The position numbers and the translations under genes were made by a program. Below, one piece after another: positions 1 through 8,116 of a DNA stretch of 24,500 nt. Source of the DNA: Polyangia bacterium (GTDB taxonomy: Bacteria; Myxococcota_A; Polyangia; JAAYKL01); contig JBNKCR010000086.1 in assembly GCA_050287845.1 (NCBI GenBank), forward strand, positions 1 through 24,500, in the 5' to 3' direction. Every line of letters begins with the position of its first letter. Within the stretch, counting starts at the first letter, position 1. The notes under the pieces were generated by a model, which did not search any database, had not been told where the DNA came from, and saw only the letters and a list, made by a program, of their open reading frames with translations.

Positions 1-126
1 TTAAATTGCCATCTTGCCTCCGCTGCATCCCGCCCGACGGCGTTGCTCGTCGGTCGCATACCCCGGTATGCTCCACTTCTCGCGCCTTGCCAGTCTGGCG
101 CAGCAAATGCCATGTTGGCAATTTAA
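1..126. repeat. Inverted-repeat-bounded palindromic element (MITE/REP-like), possibly cut by the window edge
   Basis: TTAAATTGCCA (1-11) is the exact reverse complement of TGGCAATTTAA (116-126). Nested pairs GCTGC/GCAGC and GGCG/CGCC lie inside, around a central perfect palindrome GCATACC-CC-GGTATGC (56-71). Confidence 0.55.
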
Positions 127-196
127 TTTCGACCACTGTCCCAAGGCGAACTCACCGTTCGTTGTATCCAGAAAAATTGAGCACAGAAATTGTCAG

Positions 197-1798
197 TTAA
201 TCCCACGGGCAGGTGAGTTCTCCGCTGCACTGGGAGGCACATACATCACACATGACACAATATCGGTATTCCCAGAATTGTTCCCTGCCCTCACTGTCAC
301 TGCTGTTGACACAGTTCTGGAAACATACTTCCCAATTGCCAGCAAATGGGCCGTTGCATACATCATCGATACAATCATAAATCTTCTGACAGGATGGATT
401 GTTTTCGCAGGTGTTTTTTTCCTCAAGACAATAGCCCATTTTGGCGCAATCCCAGCAATCCCGGTAGCAGTAGCTGAATGGTGTACAGCTGTCCGGGTCT
501 GTATTGATGGGCGTTTCAGCGGTGGACAGTTCAAGCCAGTCGATGTTGCCATTGCTTGAACTGTCCCGGTTTTCACCACCCACGATATACAGAGGGTGTA
601 CACCGGTGACCACGGAGATGGATGTGGAGATGATTTTAAAAGTATCGGGGCCACCGGTATAGGTTCCCAGTCGGGCCAACAGTTCGCCCGTCTCCGGGTC
701 ATCAAGGTAAATGGCGATGTCTGCCAGTTCTCTGCTGGCGGATATTCGGATAGACAGTGTAGTGTAATCCATGAAATCGATGTCTGAAATCGCAATCCAC
801 GCACCAGTACTCATATACGATACCGTCTTGCAGGCAGCGTCCTGACAGATGGGAACCGGCCGCTGCAGATACGGGTCATACACATCCTCGCTCCGGAATC
901 CGTTATAGTTTCCGTTGCAGTCACCGGCATTGGTATCTATGGCACATTCCGCTTCGATATGAAGTGAATCTGATGTGTCGGTTGCGGTGTCGTCGTCTGT
1001 GCCAGTGTCCGTGTCTGTTTCCGTGTCCGTTTCAACATCGCTATCAATTTCGACTTCGGTCCCGGTACCTTCGGTCCCGGTACCTGAGTCATTGTCTGAC
1101 GCGGTATCGGATTCCGTTTCAGAATCGGTGGGGACATTCGAATCCGAATCTGTATCGAGGGGAAGGTCCGTTCCGGATTCCGAGTCAGTGCCGTTGGTTG
1201 CGACAGAATCCGAGTCGGTACTCCCCCCTGGTTCAGAGTCCGGATTGGCGTCGGAGCTGGTGTCCGGATTCTCAACAGTGTCACTGTCTGTCGCCATGGC
1301 GGTCTCCGAATCGGTTCCCTGTCTTTTCCAGAGAACAAAATCATTTTCGGCAAAATTACCATCCGGGAATGACAAACGGATGTTGTACTGTCGGTCGAGG
1401 GCGTTGTCTCGTGGGAAACTTTCTGAAAGGGCCACTCTGAGCGTGTATTTTTCAGTCCCTTTCGCCGGGCGGATATCCACGATGTCGAGAAAAACGGGAT
1501 GACTCATGCCGACACTGGATATGGTGGCGTAGGTATCGGTGTTCACGCCGAACGTATCGCCGCCGCAGCCCACATTGCGGTACACCATTGGTTGATAGCC
1601 ACTGGCGTCGATATCCAGTCTGGTGCTTTCTGTGGGAAATGGGGAATCGGCCCGCGCATCCAGAATTTCTGCAGAATGAGTACTGGCGGTAGACTGTTGG
1701 CAGGAAATGGAGATGAACACGGGAAATACAAGAATCCGGATACTGCGAAGAAGCAGGTATCGCTTATTTCTGCCAGCCTTGACCGGAAATGATTGCAA
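197..1798 (-). CDS. Putative lipoprotein: unknown N-domain, Asp/Thr/Ser-rich linker, CBM6 carbohydrate-binding module, Cys-rich C-terminal domain
   Basis: TTG start preceded by AAGGGGG; basic N-region and hydrophobic stretch ending ISIS-C; long DTDSD/ETDT linker; CBM6-like motifs IEAE, GAWI..DIDF, YLD...G.LL, TGVHPLY, NIDWL; 16 Cys in the last ~96 aa. Confidence 0.85.
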   Translation of the reverse strand: MQSFPVKAGRNKRYLLLRSIRILVFPVFISISCQQSTASTHSAEILDARADSPFPTESTRLDIDASGYQPMVYRNVGCGGDTFGVNTDTYATISSVGMSHPVFLDIVDIRPAKGTEKYTLRVALSESFPRDNALDRQYNIRLSFPDGNFAENDFVLWKRQGTDSETAMATDSDTVENPDTSSDANPDSEPGGSTDSDSVATNGTDSESGTDLPLDTDSDSNVPTDSETESDTASDNDSGTGTEGTGTEVEIDSDVETDTETDTDTGTDDDTATDTSDSLHIEAECAIDTNAGDCNGNYNGFRSEDVYDPYLQRPVPICQDAACKTVSYMSTGAWIAISDIDFMDYTTLSIRISASRELADIAIYLDDPETGELLARLGTYTGGPDTFKIISTSISVVTGVHPLYIVGGENRDSSSNGNIDWLELSTAETPINTDPDSCTPFSYCYRDCWDCAKMGYCLEEKNTCENNPSCQKIYDCIDDVCNGPFAGNWEVCFQNCVNSSDSEGREQFWEYRYCVMCDVCASQCSGELTCPWD

Positions 1799-2048
1799 GC
1801 CAACCCCCTTTTTGTGACGCCCCCCCGTCTTTCATCATCATATTTTAGCAATGAACAGGATATGGTGAAAATGAAAAAATACAACATTTGTAATGGAAAA
1901 CTCCTGGTTACGGATTACATGGCGGCTGGACGCATTGTGGGACGCGTTGGCAATATCCCAACGTTGATTCTGGCAACTCCACGACAATTCAAGATAATTT
2001 TCGTTTAATACTTCCTATATCGATTTTCCGTTATATAATTTCACAACT

Positions 2049-5000
2049 ATGCAGGCTGGACACCACATTCCCTCATATCTGCTTCTGGAGCGCTTTTCGA
2101 ACGGCAGGAACATCCTGGATGTGTATCCACCGGACGAACAGGGCGCGGATCTTCTCCTGCCCATGGCATCAGCCGTGACGTTAATTCAGGCGAGCAGGTC
2201 GGAGCACCAGGCGGAAGTGAAAGCCGGCCTTCAGCGGATTGTGGCCAGTGGCGCATCTCTGCCATTTCGACAAGGCGCGTTTGATATGGTTCTCATGCTG
2301 AATCTGGCGTGTGAACGGGAATCATTCACTCTGGAAAATGAGCTGACGCGATGCCGCTATCTGCTTTCTCCCGGGGGTATTGCAGCCCTGTTGATTCCCA
2401 ATGTGGAAGGCGCTCATGCCAACGGATTGCGAGGCAGGATTCCGGATTTTATTGATATGGAGCGGTTATTGAGACGCTACTTCCCGCACCTGACTCTGTT
2501 CGCGCAGCAACCGCTGTTTGGCGCCACGCTGTCTCCCATAGGCCGAAGAGTCAAGGATGATGCGCCTCTGCTCGATGACCGCATGCTGCCGGCTGAAGGA
2601 GAAACGCCGGATTATTTTCTCGCTCTCGGGTCCGGTAAATACCACCGGCTCGACGATACGGTGATTGCGCAGTTGCCATTTTTGCCGGTGGCGGAATCGT
2701 TTCGACTGGAAGCGGAAAAGTATGAGGGGGCTCTCCGACTGGTTCAGGCGGAGAAGCGGGCGCGGGACAAGAAACTGGATATCCTGACCGTTCAGATCGA
2801 CGAGTTGAACGACAAACTGTTTCAGGCTGAGCTGGAAGTGCGCGACCGTGAATCGCTGGTGTCGAAAGTGGCCTATCTGGACGAACAGATTCTTCGCAGG
2901 GAGGCGGCGGTTGCGGATGCCGAGCAGAAAGCATCATTGAAATCTCAGCATCAGATTGAACTGGAAGAATCCGTGCGGGGTATGAAGCAGGAGGTCCGTC
3001 GACTGGAGCATCAGCTGGCAGATAGGGGGCAAGCCATCGAGCTGTTGCAGAAAGAGCGGGAGGAACACGAGACGGAGCGTCGCCAGTTGATGTCCGATCT
3101 CCATGGGGCGCAGGTGGAGTTGAAAAACCGACAGCGGGCGTTGGATGAACGTATTGAAGAAGCGGCGTCACGGGAGGCGGAACTGGCGTTGGTTCGAACG
3201 GAAATTGTCGAATTTCGCGAGTCGCAGCAAAAGGAGGGGGAGGCGCACCAGGCGGAACGACGACGGCTGTTGTCTGATCTTCATGGGGCGCAGGCGGAGC
3301 TGAAAAACCGGCAGCGGGCGCTGGATGAACGTATGGAAGAAGTCGCTTTGAGGGAGGCGGAGTTGGAGTCGGTTCGACAGGAGATTGTCGAGCTGCGCGA
3401 GTTGCTGCAGAAGGAGCGGGAGGAACGAAGGCGACTGGCATCCCAGGTACGGGAGCAGGAGAATTATACCGCCATACTGGGGTCTCTCGAAAAAGAGCTG
3501 AACAAGATTCGTATGCAGTCCCAGGAGGAGCGGGAGCGACTGGAACAGCAATTTGATGAGGAACATCGAAAGTTGCTCGATGAGATTGCGGTCCGGGAAG
3601 ACATGCGTCGAAAGGCGCATCTCCTTGAAGTGCAGGTCAAGGAACTGGAGCTGGCCATCGAGACAGATAAGTCCCGGACGGATGCCCAGGCGGAAGATAT
3701 TCAGACATTGATGATTCGGCTGGAGATGTTGCAGAACGAGAAGAAGGAACTCCTCAGGGAAAAGCGGGATGCCGACATTGAAACAGAGGAGCTTGAGCAG
3801 AATCTGCAGATGACCCGGGATGACCTGGAACGTACCAGACATCTGGTTCAGATTGTGACGACTCGTGCTGAAGAAGCGGAGGAACGCAGTCGAGTGCTCC
3901 AGCAGCGCCTGTCCGAAGCGCAGTCAAGGCTGAGCGACGTGGAGCAACGATGCGATGAGTTGCAGTTGCAGAGTGATCGATATTCCCTGTTGGAGGAAAA
4001 ACATAACGAGTCCCTGCTGAAAGTCTCAGAATTGGAAGAAGCGCTGGCAGTGGCGGATGGTCGCTCCAGAGCGGCGGTTGCCCATCGCAATGAACATGTG
4101 GCGGAGTTGGAAGAGCGATATACCGAGGCGATGAACCAGGTGAGGGAGCTGAAAAAGGCGTACCAGAAGCAGGAGGCGCTGGTTATAGAGGCAGAAGTGG
4201 ATGCCCTGCGGTTGAGCCAGCTGGAGGAGAGACATCGCGTGGCCCTCGCGCAGGTGGAAAGTCTTCAGCAACAGGTGGAGGAGTTTCGGCCGGTCATCAG
4301 CTCCGCAGCCACTCTCCGGCAGCAGGCGGAAACGGCGGAAATCAAGTATCTGGAGGAACAGACCGCGCACCAGAAAACCAGAGCCATGCTGGTGGATATG
4401 CGCGGTAAGTTGTCCAGACTGGATCAGGCACTGTCCACGGAGCAGGAAGCCCATCAGCGAACCAGTGAGGAATTGCGGGCAGTTGCGGAACGAATTGGAT
4501 TACTTGAGGCGGATTTGAACAGAGCCATGAGCGCACTGGCGGAGCGGGAGGAAGGTTCGGAGCAGAAGTTGAACACGGCCGGGGAGAAAGTTCGCCATCT
4601 GCGCAACGAGCTGATTCGACTGCAGCACGAAAACGAAACCGAATTGCTGTGTGTCCGCGAAGACCTTGAGACAGAATTGCGTCATTCCTCCCGCTGTCTG
4701 GAACAGGCGCAACAGGAAATATGGGAGTTGCGTGAAGAAGTGATTCGAATGAAGGCGCAATCCGCGGCGACGGCGGCAGCGGCAGCGAAAAAGGGGATCA
4801 ATGAGGAATTTCAGAAAACATTAATTGAGCAGGAAATTCTTATTGAAACAGTGAACAGTGAACGGGATATGCTTCGGAATGAAAATGAGCGACTGAAGAA
4901 GTCACTGCTCAATCGAAAGAAGAACATCCGGATACTGGCGACATTGCTGCGTCGGGAACACTATGAACATACGTTTTCGTCGTCTGGCACGAAGCCGTTG

Positions 5001-5402
5001 ATGATGACGGATATCAAGCGGCTCATCGAGTCTGAAGGCGGCGAATTGACTGATGAACTCGATTTTCTGAATGAAGCGGCACCAGCGTCTGCTGCCAGAT
5101 CCCGTTCGTCGATACCCGATATGGCCTTTTCCGATGACGAAGTGGTCGACGCCATCATGGAAAGCGTTGTGGTGACAAATGGAAGTATTGCACTGGATAA
5201 TGAAGCTTCCACACACATTCAGATGAATTCTCTCTCGATGGAGACGGCGGCAAACCGGTTGCAGGAAAACGGGGAACGGGATTCCAACGAACCGGAAGTC
5301 ATCGATAATCGTCCATCCTATGACCCGGATGTAATTCACAACCTGCGAACCAGCCTGATTGAAGAAATCGACCAAATATCGGATGAGCCCAAAAAAAAAT
5401 AA
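2049..5402 (+). CDS. Degenerate class I methyltransferase-like domain followed by a very long coiled coil and an acidic tail
   Basis: 1117-aa ORF. The N-terminus has RNILDV, LPFRQGAFDMV and LLSPGGIAALLIPN, matching SAM-MTase motifs I, II and III. About 750 aa of E/Q/R/L/K-rich heptad-like sequence follow. Confidence 0.85.
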   Translation: MQAGHHIPSYLLLERFSNGRNILDVYPPDEQGADLLLPMASAVTLIQASRSEHQAEVKAGLQRIVASGASLPFRQGAFDMVLMLNLACERESFTLENELTRCRYLLSPGGIAALLIPNVEGAHANGLRGRIPDFIDMERLLRRYFPHLTLFAQQPLFGATLSPIGRRVKDDAPLLDDRMLPAEGETPDYFLALGSGKYHRLDDTVIAQLPFLPVAESFRLEAEKYEGALRLVQAEKRARDKKLDILTVQIDELNDKLFQAELEVRDRESLVSKVAYLDEQILRREAAVADAEQKASLKSQHQIELEESVRGMKQEVRRLEHQLADRGQAIELLQKEREEHETERRQLMSDLHGAQVELKNRQRALDERIEEAASREAELALVRTEIVEFRESQQKEGEAHQAERRRLLSDLHGAQAELKNRQRALDERMEEVALREAELESVRQEIVELRELLQKEREERRRLASQVREQENYTAILGSLEKELNKIRMQSQEERERLEQQFDEEHRKLLDEIAVREDMRRKAHLLEVQVKELELAIETDKSRTDAQAEDIQTLMIRLEMLQNEKKELLREKRDADIETEELEQNLQMTRDDLERTRHLVQIVTTRAEEAEERSRVLQQRLSEAQSRLSDVEQRCDELQLQSDRYSLLEEKHNESLLKVSELEEALAVADGRSRAAVAHRNEHVAELEERYTEAMNQVRELKKAYQKQEALVIEAEVDALRLSQLEERHRVALAQVESLQQQVEEFRPVISSAATLRQQAETAEIKYLEEQTAHQKTRAMLVDMRGKLSRLDQALSTEQEAHQRTSEELRAVAERIGLLEADLNRAMSALAEREEGSEQKLNTAGEKVRHLRNELIRLQHENETELLCVREDLETELRHSSRCLEQAQQEIWELREEVIRMKAQSAATAAAAAKKGINEEFQKTLIEQEILIETVNSERDMLRNENERLKKSLLNRKKNIRILATLLRREHYEHTFSSSGTKPLMMTDIKRLIESEGGELTDELDFLNEAAPASAARSRSSIPDMAFSDDEVVDAIMESVVVTNGSIALDNEASTHIQMNSLSMETAANRLQENGERDSNEPEVIDNRPSYDPDVIHNLRTSLIEEIDQISDEPKKK
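3039..3428 (+). repeat. 180-bp (60-aa) in-frame tandem duplication, about 2.2 copies
   Basis: Units start at 3039, 3219 and 3399; for example SDLHGAQ(V/A)ELKNRQRALDER occurs twice with near-identical DNA. Confidence 0.9.
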
Positions 5403-5442
5403 ACTGCTCTCCCGGGGATGAATGACGGTGGGTTGGAGAGGT

Positions 5443-6597
5443 TCAGCCTTTCAGATACGTGTTGGCAATGGACTCCAGGGACACAACGGAGTGCGAGACC
5501 CTGGCACTGAGGTCTCCGAAAGTCTTTTGAATGCTGTACAGCCCCAGAGCCTTGCCAATGGCGGTTTCAAGGTCTCCTTCGGGATACAGAAGCCCCGTGC
5601 CGCTTTCGCCATCCGGTGAGAGTTCCACAATCGTGAAGTTGTTTTCTGCGGGGACTATCGGGATGGTGCCGGTCTGAAGGCTGGCGGCGACCGCATCGGT
5701 GTGATTGGGTTGTACGCAGAAGTCCGCGGCTTTGACAAGTATGGCGTCCTTGCTGTCAGACGGCAATGCGCAAAGTCGGTCCGGGTAGGTTTCCAGCAGC
5801 TCTGCGATGGCTTCTGCTTCGCATTTGCAGACCACCTGGATTTCCTGAGACAGAATTTCAGGAAGAATATCGACGCATTGGGCCATGGGGAGGTACAGAT
5901 AAAACAGCGGCACATCATCCCGCACCGGCAATCCCAGTGTTGTTTGCAGGGATGCTTTGGCCGATGGTTTGTGAAAACTGTCATTGCTATTGGCCATGGT
6001 CAGTATGGGCAGGATTTCCGCTTTCCCGGTGCGGATGGTTCTGGCCAGAAAAGAATCCGGAGCGGATTCGAGCAGTTTACCCGCCAGTACCGGCCCGTGT
6101 ATGATAACACGTTCGAACTCCGCCATGCTGCCCGTGTCCGCAGGAAAATCGGACAGGGATTCTCCCGTGATGGCAGAGATGGTATGGGGGCAGTTTTCCG
6201 GCGCCCCCTTTTGGGAAATCCGGTTGTTAAAAATGATGGTCAACTCCGGGGAGAAATCCATGCCGGCGACCAGCTGGTTTACCGCTTCGCCCAACGCATC
6301 CGGACCGTAGGCATCCGGACTGTCCGTTTTGGATTGAAGCAGGCGATATTCGACGCCGGTATTGGCCCGCGTATCAAAACGGGTATAGCTGAATGTATTG
6401 CCATCGGTGGTCACCGTGATTGGCGACAGCCGTTTGGCCAGTGGCGTCTGCAGGCGATCCAGTTCAAAATCAACCGGGGCGACCAGGCGCACATCGTGTC
6501 CCATACGAACGAACTGCGCAGCCAGCTTCTGGCATAGCGATTCTTCTCCGGGTTTGGATTCAGGAACGAGTCGTGTATTTAAAATTAAAATATGCAT
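5443..6597 (-). CDS. Glycogen/starch synthase-like (GT5, GT-B fold) protein, shortened and degenerate
   Basis: Probable ATG at 6597 (MHILIL..). GlgA-like segments GHDVRLVAP, K..AKASLQ..LGLPVRDDVPLF, YPDR, AADF, GTIPIV, GTGLLY. The canonical KTGGL motif is absent. Confidence 0.75.
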   Translation of the reverse strand: MHILILNTRLVPESKPGEESLCQKLAAQFVRMGHDVRLVAPVDFELDRLQTPLAKRLSPITVTTDGNTFSYTRFDTRANTGVEYRLLQSKTDSPDAYGPDALGEAVNQLVAGMDFSPELTIIFNNRISQKGAPENCPHTISAITGESLSDFPADTGSMAEFERVIIHGPVLAGKLLESAPDSFLARTIRTGKAEILPILTMANSNDSFHKPSAKASLQTTLGLPVRDDVPLFYLYLPMAQCVDILPEILSQEIQVVCKCEAEAIAELLETYPDRLCALPSDSKDAILVKAADFCVQPNHTDAVAASLQTGTIPIVPAENNFTIVELSPDGESGTGLLYPEGDLETAIGKALGLYSIQKTFGDLSARVSHSVVSLESIANTYLKG

Positions 6598-6704
6598 TGC
6601 TTGCCTCGCGGGTTGTGACACCACAGTTAATGTCGCCAGATTGGGTCCATATCACATCTGTACAAGTCGTTTAACCTGTTTCCAGGCATTTTGGCGTAAA
6701 TTAA

Positions 6705-6863
6705 ACAGATTTCATCAGAACAACGGATAAAAGTGCGCTGGAAGAGGTGGATGAGGAAGAGCCGGAAGATACTTCTGATACGGGGGCGTCAGAAGAAGAT
6801 GCTGACGAAAAGGTGAGCGATATTGGCGATCCCGAAGACACGGAAGATACCGCGAGCGAGTGA
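6705..6863 (+). pseudogene. Orphan acidic reading frame, likely the 3' remnant of a lost gene (or a small ORF from GTG 6747)
   Basis: Open frame between TAA 6702-6704 and TGA 6861-6863; its last 46 codons read TDKSALEEVDEEEPEDTSDTGASEEDADEKVSDIGDPEDTEDTASE (22 D/E). No ATG. Confidence 0.4.
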
Positions 6864-6877
6864 CCGACCGATTATTT

Positions 6878-7513
6878 CTACTTCTTTCCTGTGTTTGCCT
6901 CGCCGGCTGCTTTTTTCCTGGGCGTGGTTAATATCTGCAATCCCATCAGGCCAATTCCCACCACAATGGCAACGTCAGCGATGTTGAATGTGGGCCAATG
7001 GTGTTCTTTTCCGTCGATGACCACATACCAGTCGATAAAATCAATGACGTATCTGTAAAACATGCGATCGAGCAGATTGCCAAGCGCCCCGGAGAGAATG
7101 AATGGCAACGCGTACAGGGTGAACCGGTGAGCGGGGGGCGTTTTGAGAAACATGTACGGAATTCCGAAGCAGGCGAATATTGAAATAATCAGGAGAAACG
7201 GAAACCGGAAACTCTCCGGTACATTCTTCATCATGCTGAACGCGTTGGAACAGTTCTCAACGTATCTGAACGTGAACAGATTATCAATTACGGTGATGGG
7301 GGTGGCATTGCGATACACAAAGCGGCCTCTGTCCTGCTCATGTTCCGGAGTGGAGCAGGTGGGGTACGTATCTGTTTTTTCGTGAAATTCATCGGTCAGC
7401 AGCGCATGATGCGCCCAGTACTTGGATGCCTGGTCAAATGCGGTGAATGTGATAAAAATAGCGAGAGCCGCCACGAAGGGGCGGGTATTCAATCGTCTTG
7501 TAGAATCATTCAT
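6878..7513 (-). CDS. lspA: Lipoprotein signal peptidase II (copy 2)
   Basis: DQASK, GALGNLLDR, VIDFID and WPTFNIAD motifs; four hydrophobic segments; start overlaps the upstream lspA stop and follows GGAAAATC. Confidence 0.95.
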   Translation of the reverse strand: MNDSTRRLNTRPFVAALAIFITFTAFDQASKYWAHHALLTDEFHEKTDTYPTCSTPEHEQDRGRFVYRNATPITVIDNLFTFRYVENCSNAFSMMKNVPESFRFPFLLIISIFACFGIPYMFLKTPPAHRFTLYALPFILSGALGNLLDRMFYRYVIDFIDWYVVIDGKEHHWPTFNIADVAIVVGIGLMGLQILTTPRKKAAGEANTGKK

Positions 7514-8111
7514 TATGATTTTCCTTATCCCGGGTCAATTGCAACACCATCAACAATAGTCCAGCCAGAATCAGGGTGTCTGCAATATTGAAAGTGGGCC
7601 AATGATACGCCTTGCCACGAAATACCACAAACCAGTCAATGAAATCCACTACATACCGGTAATAGACACGGTCTATCAGATTCCCGAGGGCGCCGGCGAG
7701 AACCAGGGGCAGGCTGAACAGCATCAGCCGGTGGGATGGCCTTGTGCGAAGATAAACGAATGGTATTGCCATGCAGGCGAAAATGGTGACGGTCAGAATA
7801 AAGGGCAACCGGATTCCCTCGGCCACGTTGTCCATGATTCGAAAGGAACTCCCACAGTTTTCCACATATCTGAATTGAAAAAAGCCCGGTATCACCAGAA
7901 TTTTTTTTGAGTTGTTCTCAACAAAGAGCTGACGACGCAATTCCACCGATGTGCCGTTGCACGTGAGGTAGTCGTGCTGACGGTTGAAGAACCGCTGGTT
8001 GAGCAGCATATGCCGGGCGGCAAGCTTGCTGCCGGCGTCGACTCCCACTCCACACAGGACAATGACGATGGCGAAAATCCACGGCTTGCCGCGCGCAGAA
8101 AGTCCGAGCAC
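7506..8111 (-). CDS. lspA: Lipoprotein signal peptidase II (copy 1)
   Basis: GALGNLIDR, VVDFID and WPTFNIAD motifs; directly follows ileS. Start placed at GTG 8111 just after the ileS stop; the ORF-track start at 8183 would overlap ileS by 67 nt. Confidence 0.92.
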   Translation of the reverse strand: MLGLSARGKPWIFAIVIVLCGVGVDAGSKLAARHMLLNQRFFNRQHDYLTCNGTSVELRRQLFVENNSKKILVIPGFFQFRYVENCGSSFRIMDNVAEGIRLPFILTVTIFACMAIPFVYLRTRPSHRLMLFSLPLVLAGALGNLIDRVYYRYVVDFIDWFVVFRGKAYHWPTFNIADTLILAGLLLMVLQLTRDKENHNE

Positions 8112-8116
8112 GGTTG

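Noticed and set aside
14..1502. Overlapping ORFs such as 14..559 (+), 193..804 (-), 964..1440 (+) and 975..1502 (+)
   Set aside because: Shadow frames of the CBM6 lipoprotein gene; the Ser/Val- or Arg-rich translations mirror its low-complexity linker.
2551..5375. Minus-strand ORFs of up to 296 aa inside the coiled-coil gene
   Set aside because: Antisense shadows caused by biased codon usage; no recognisable motifs.
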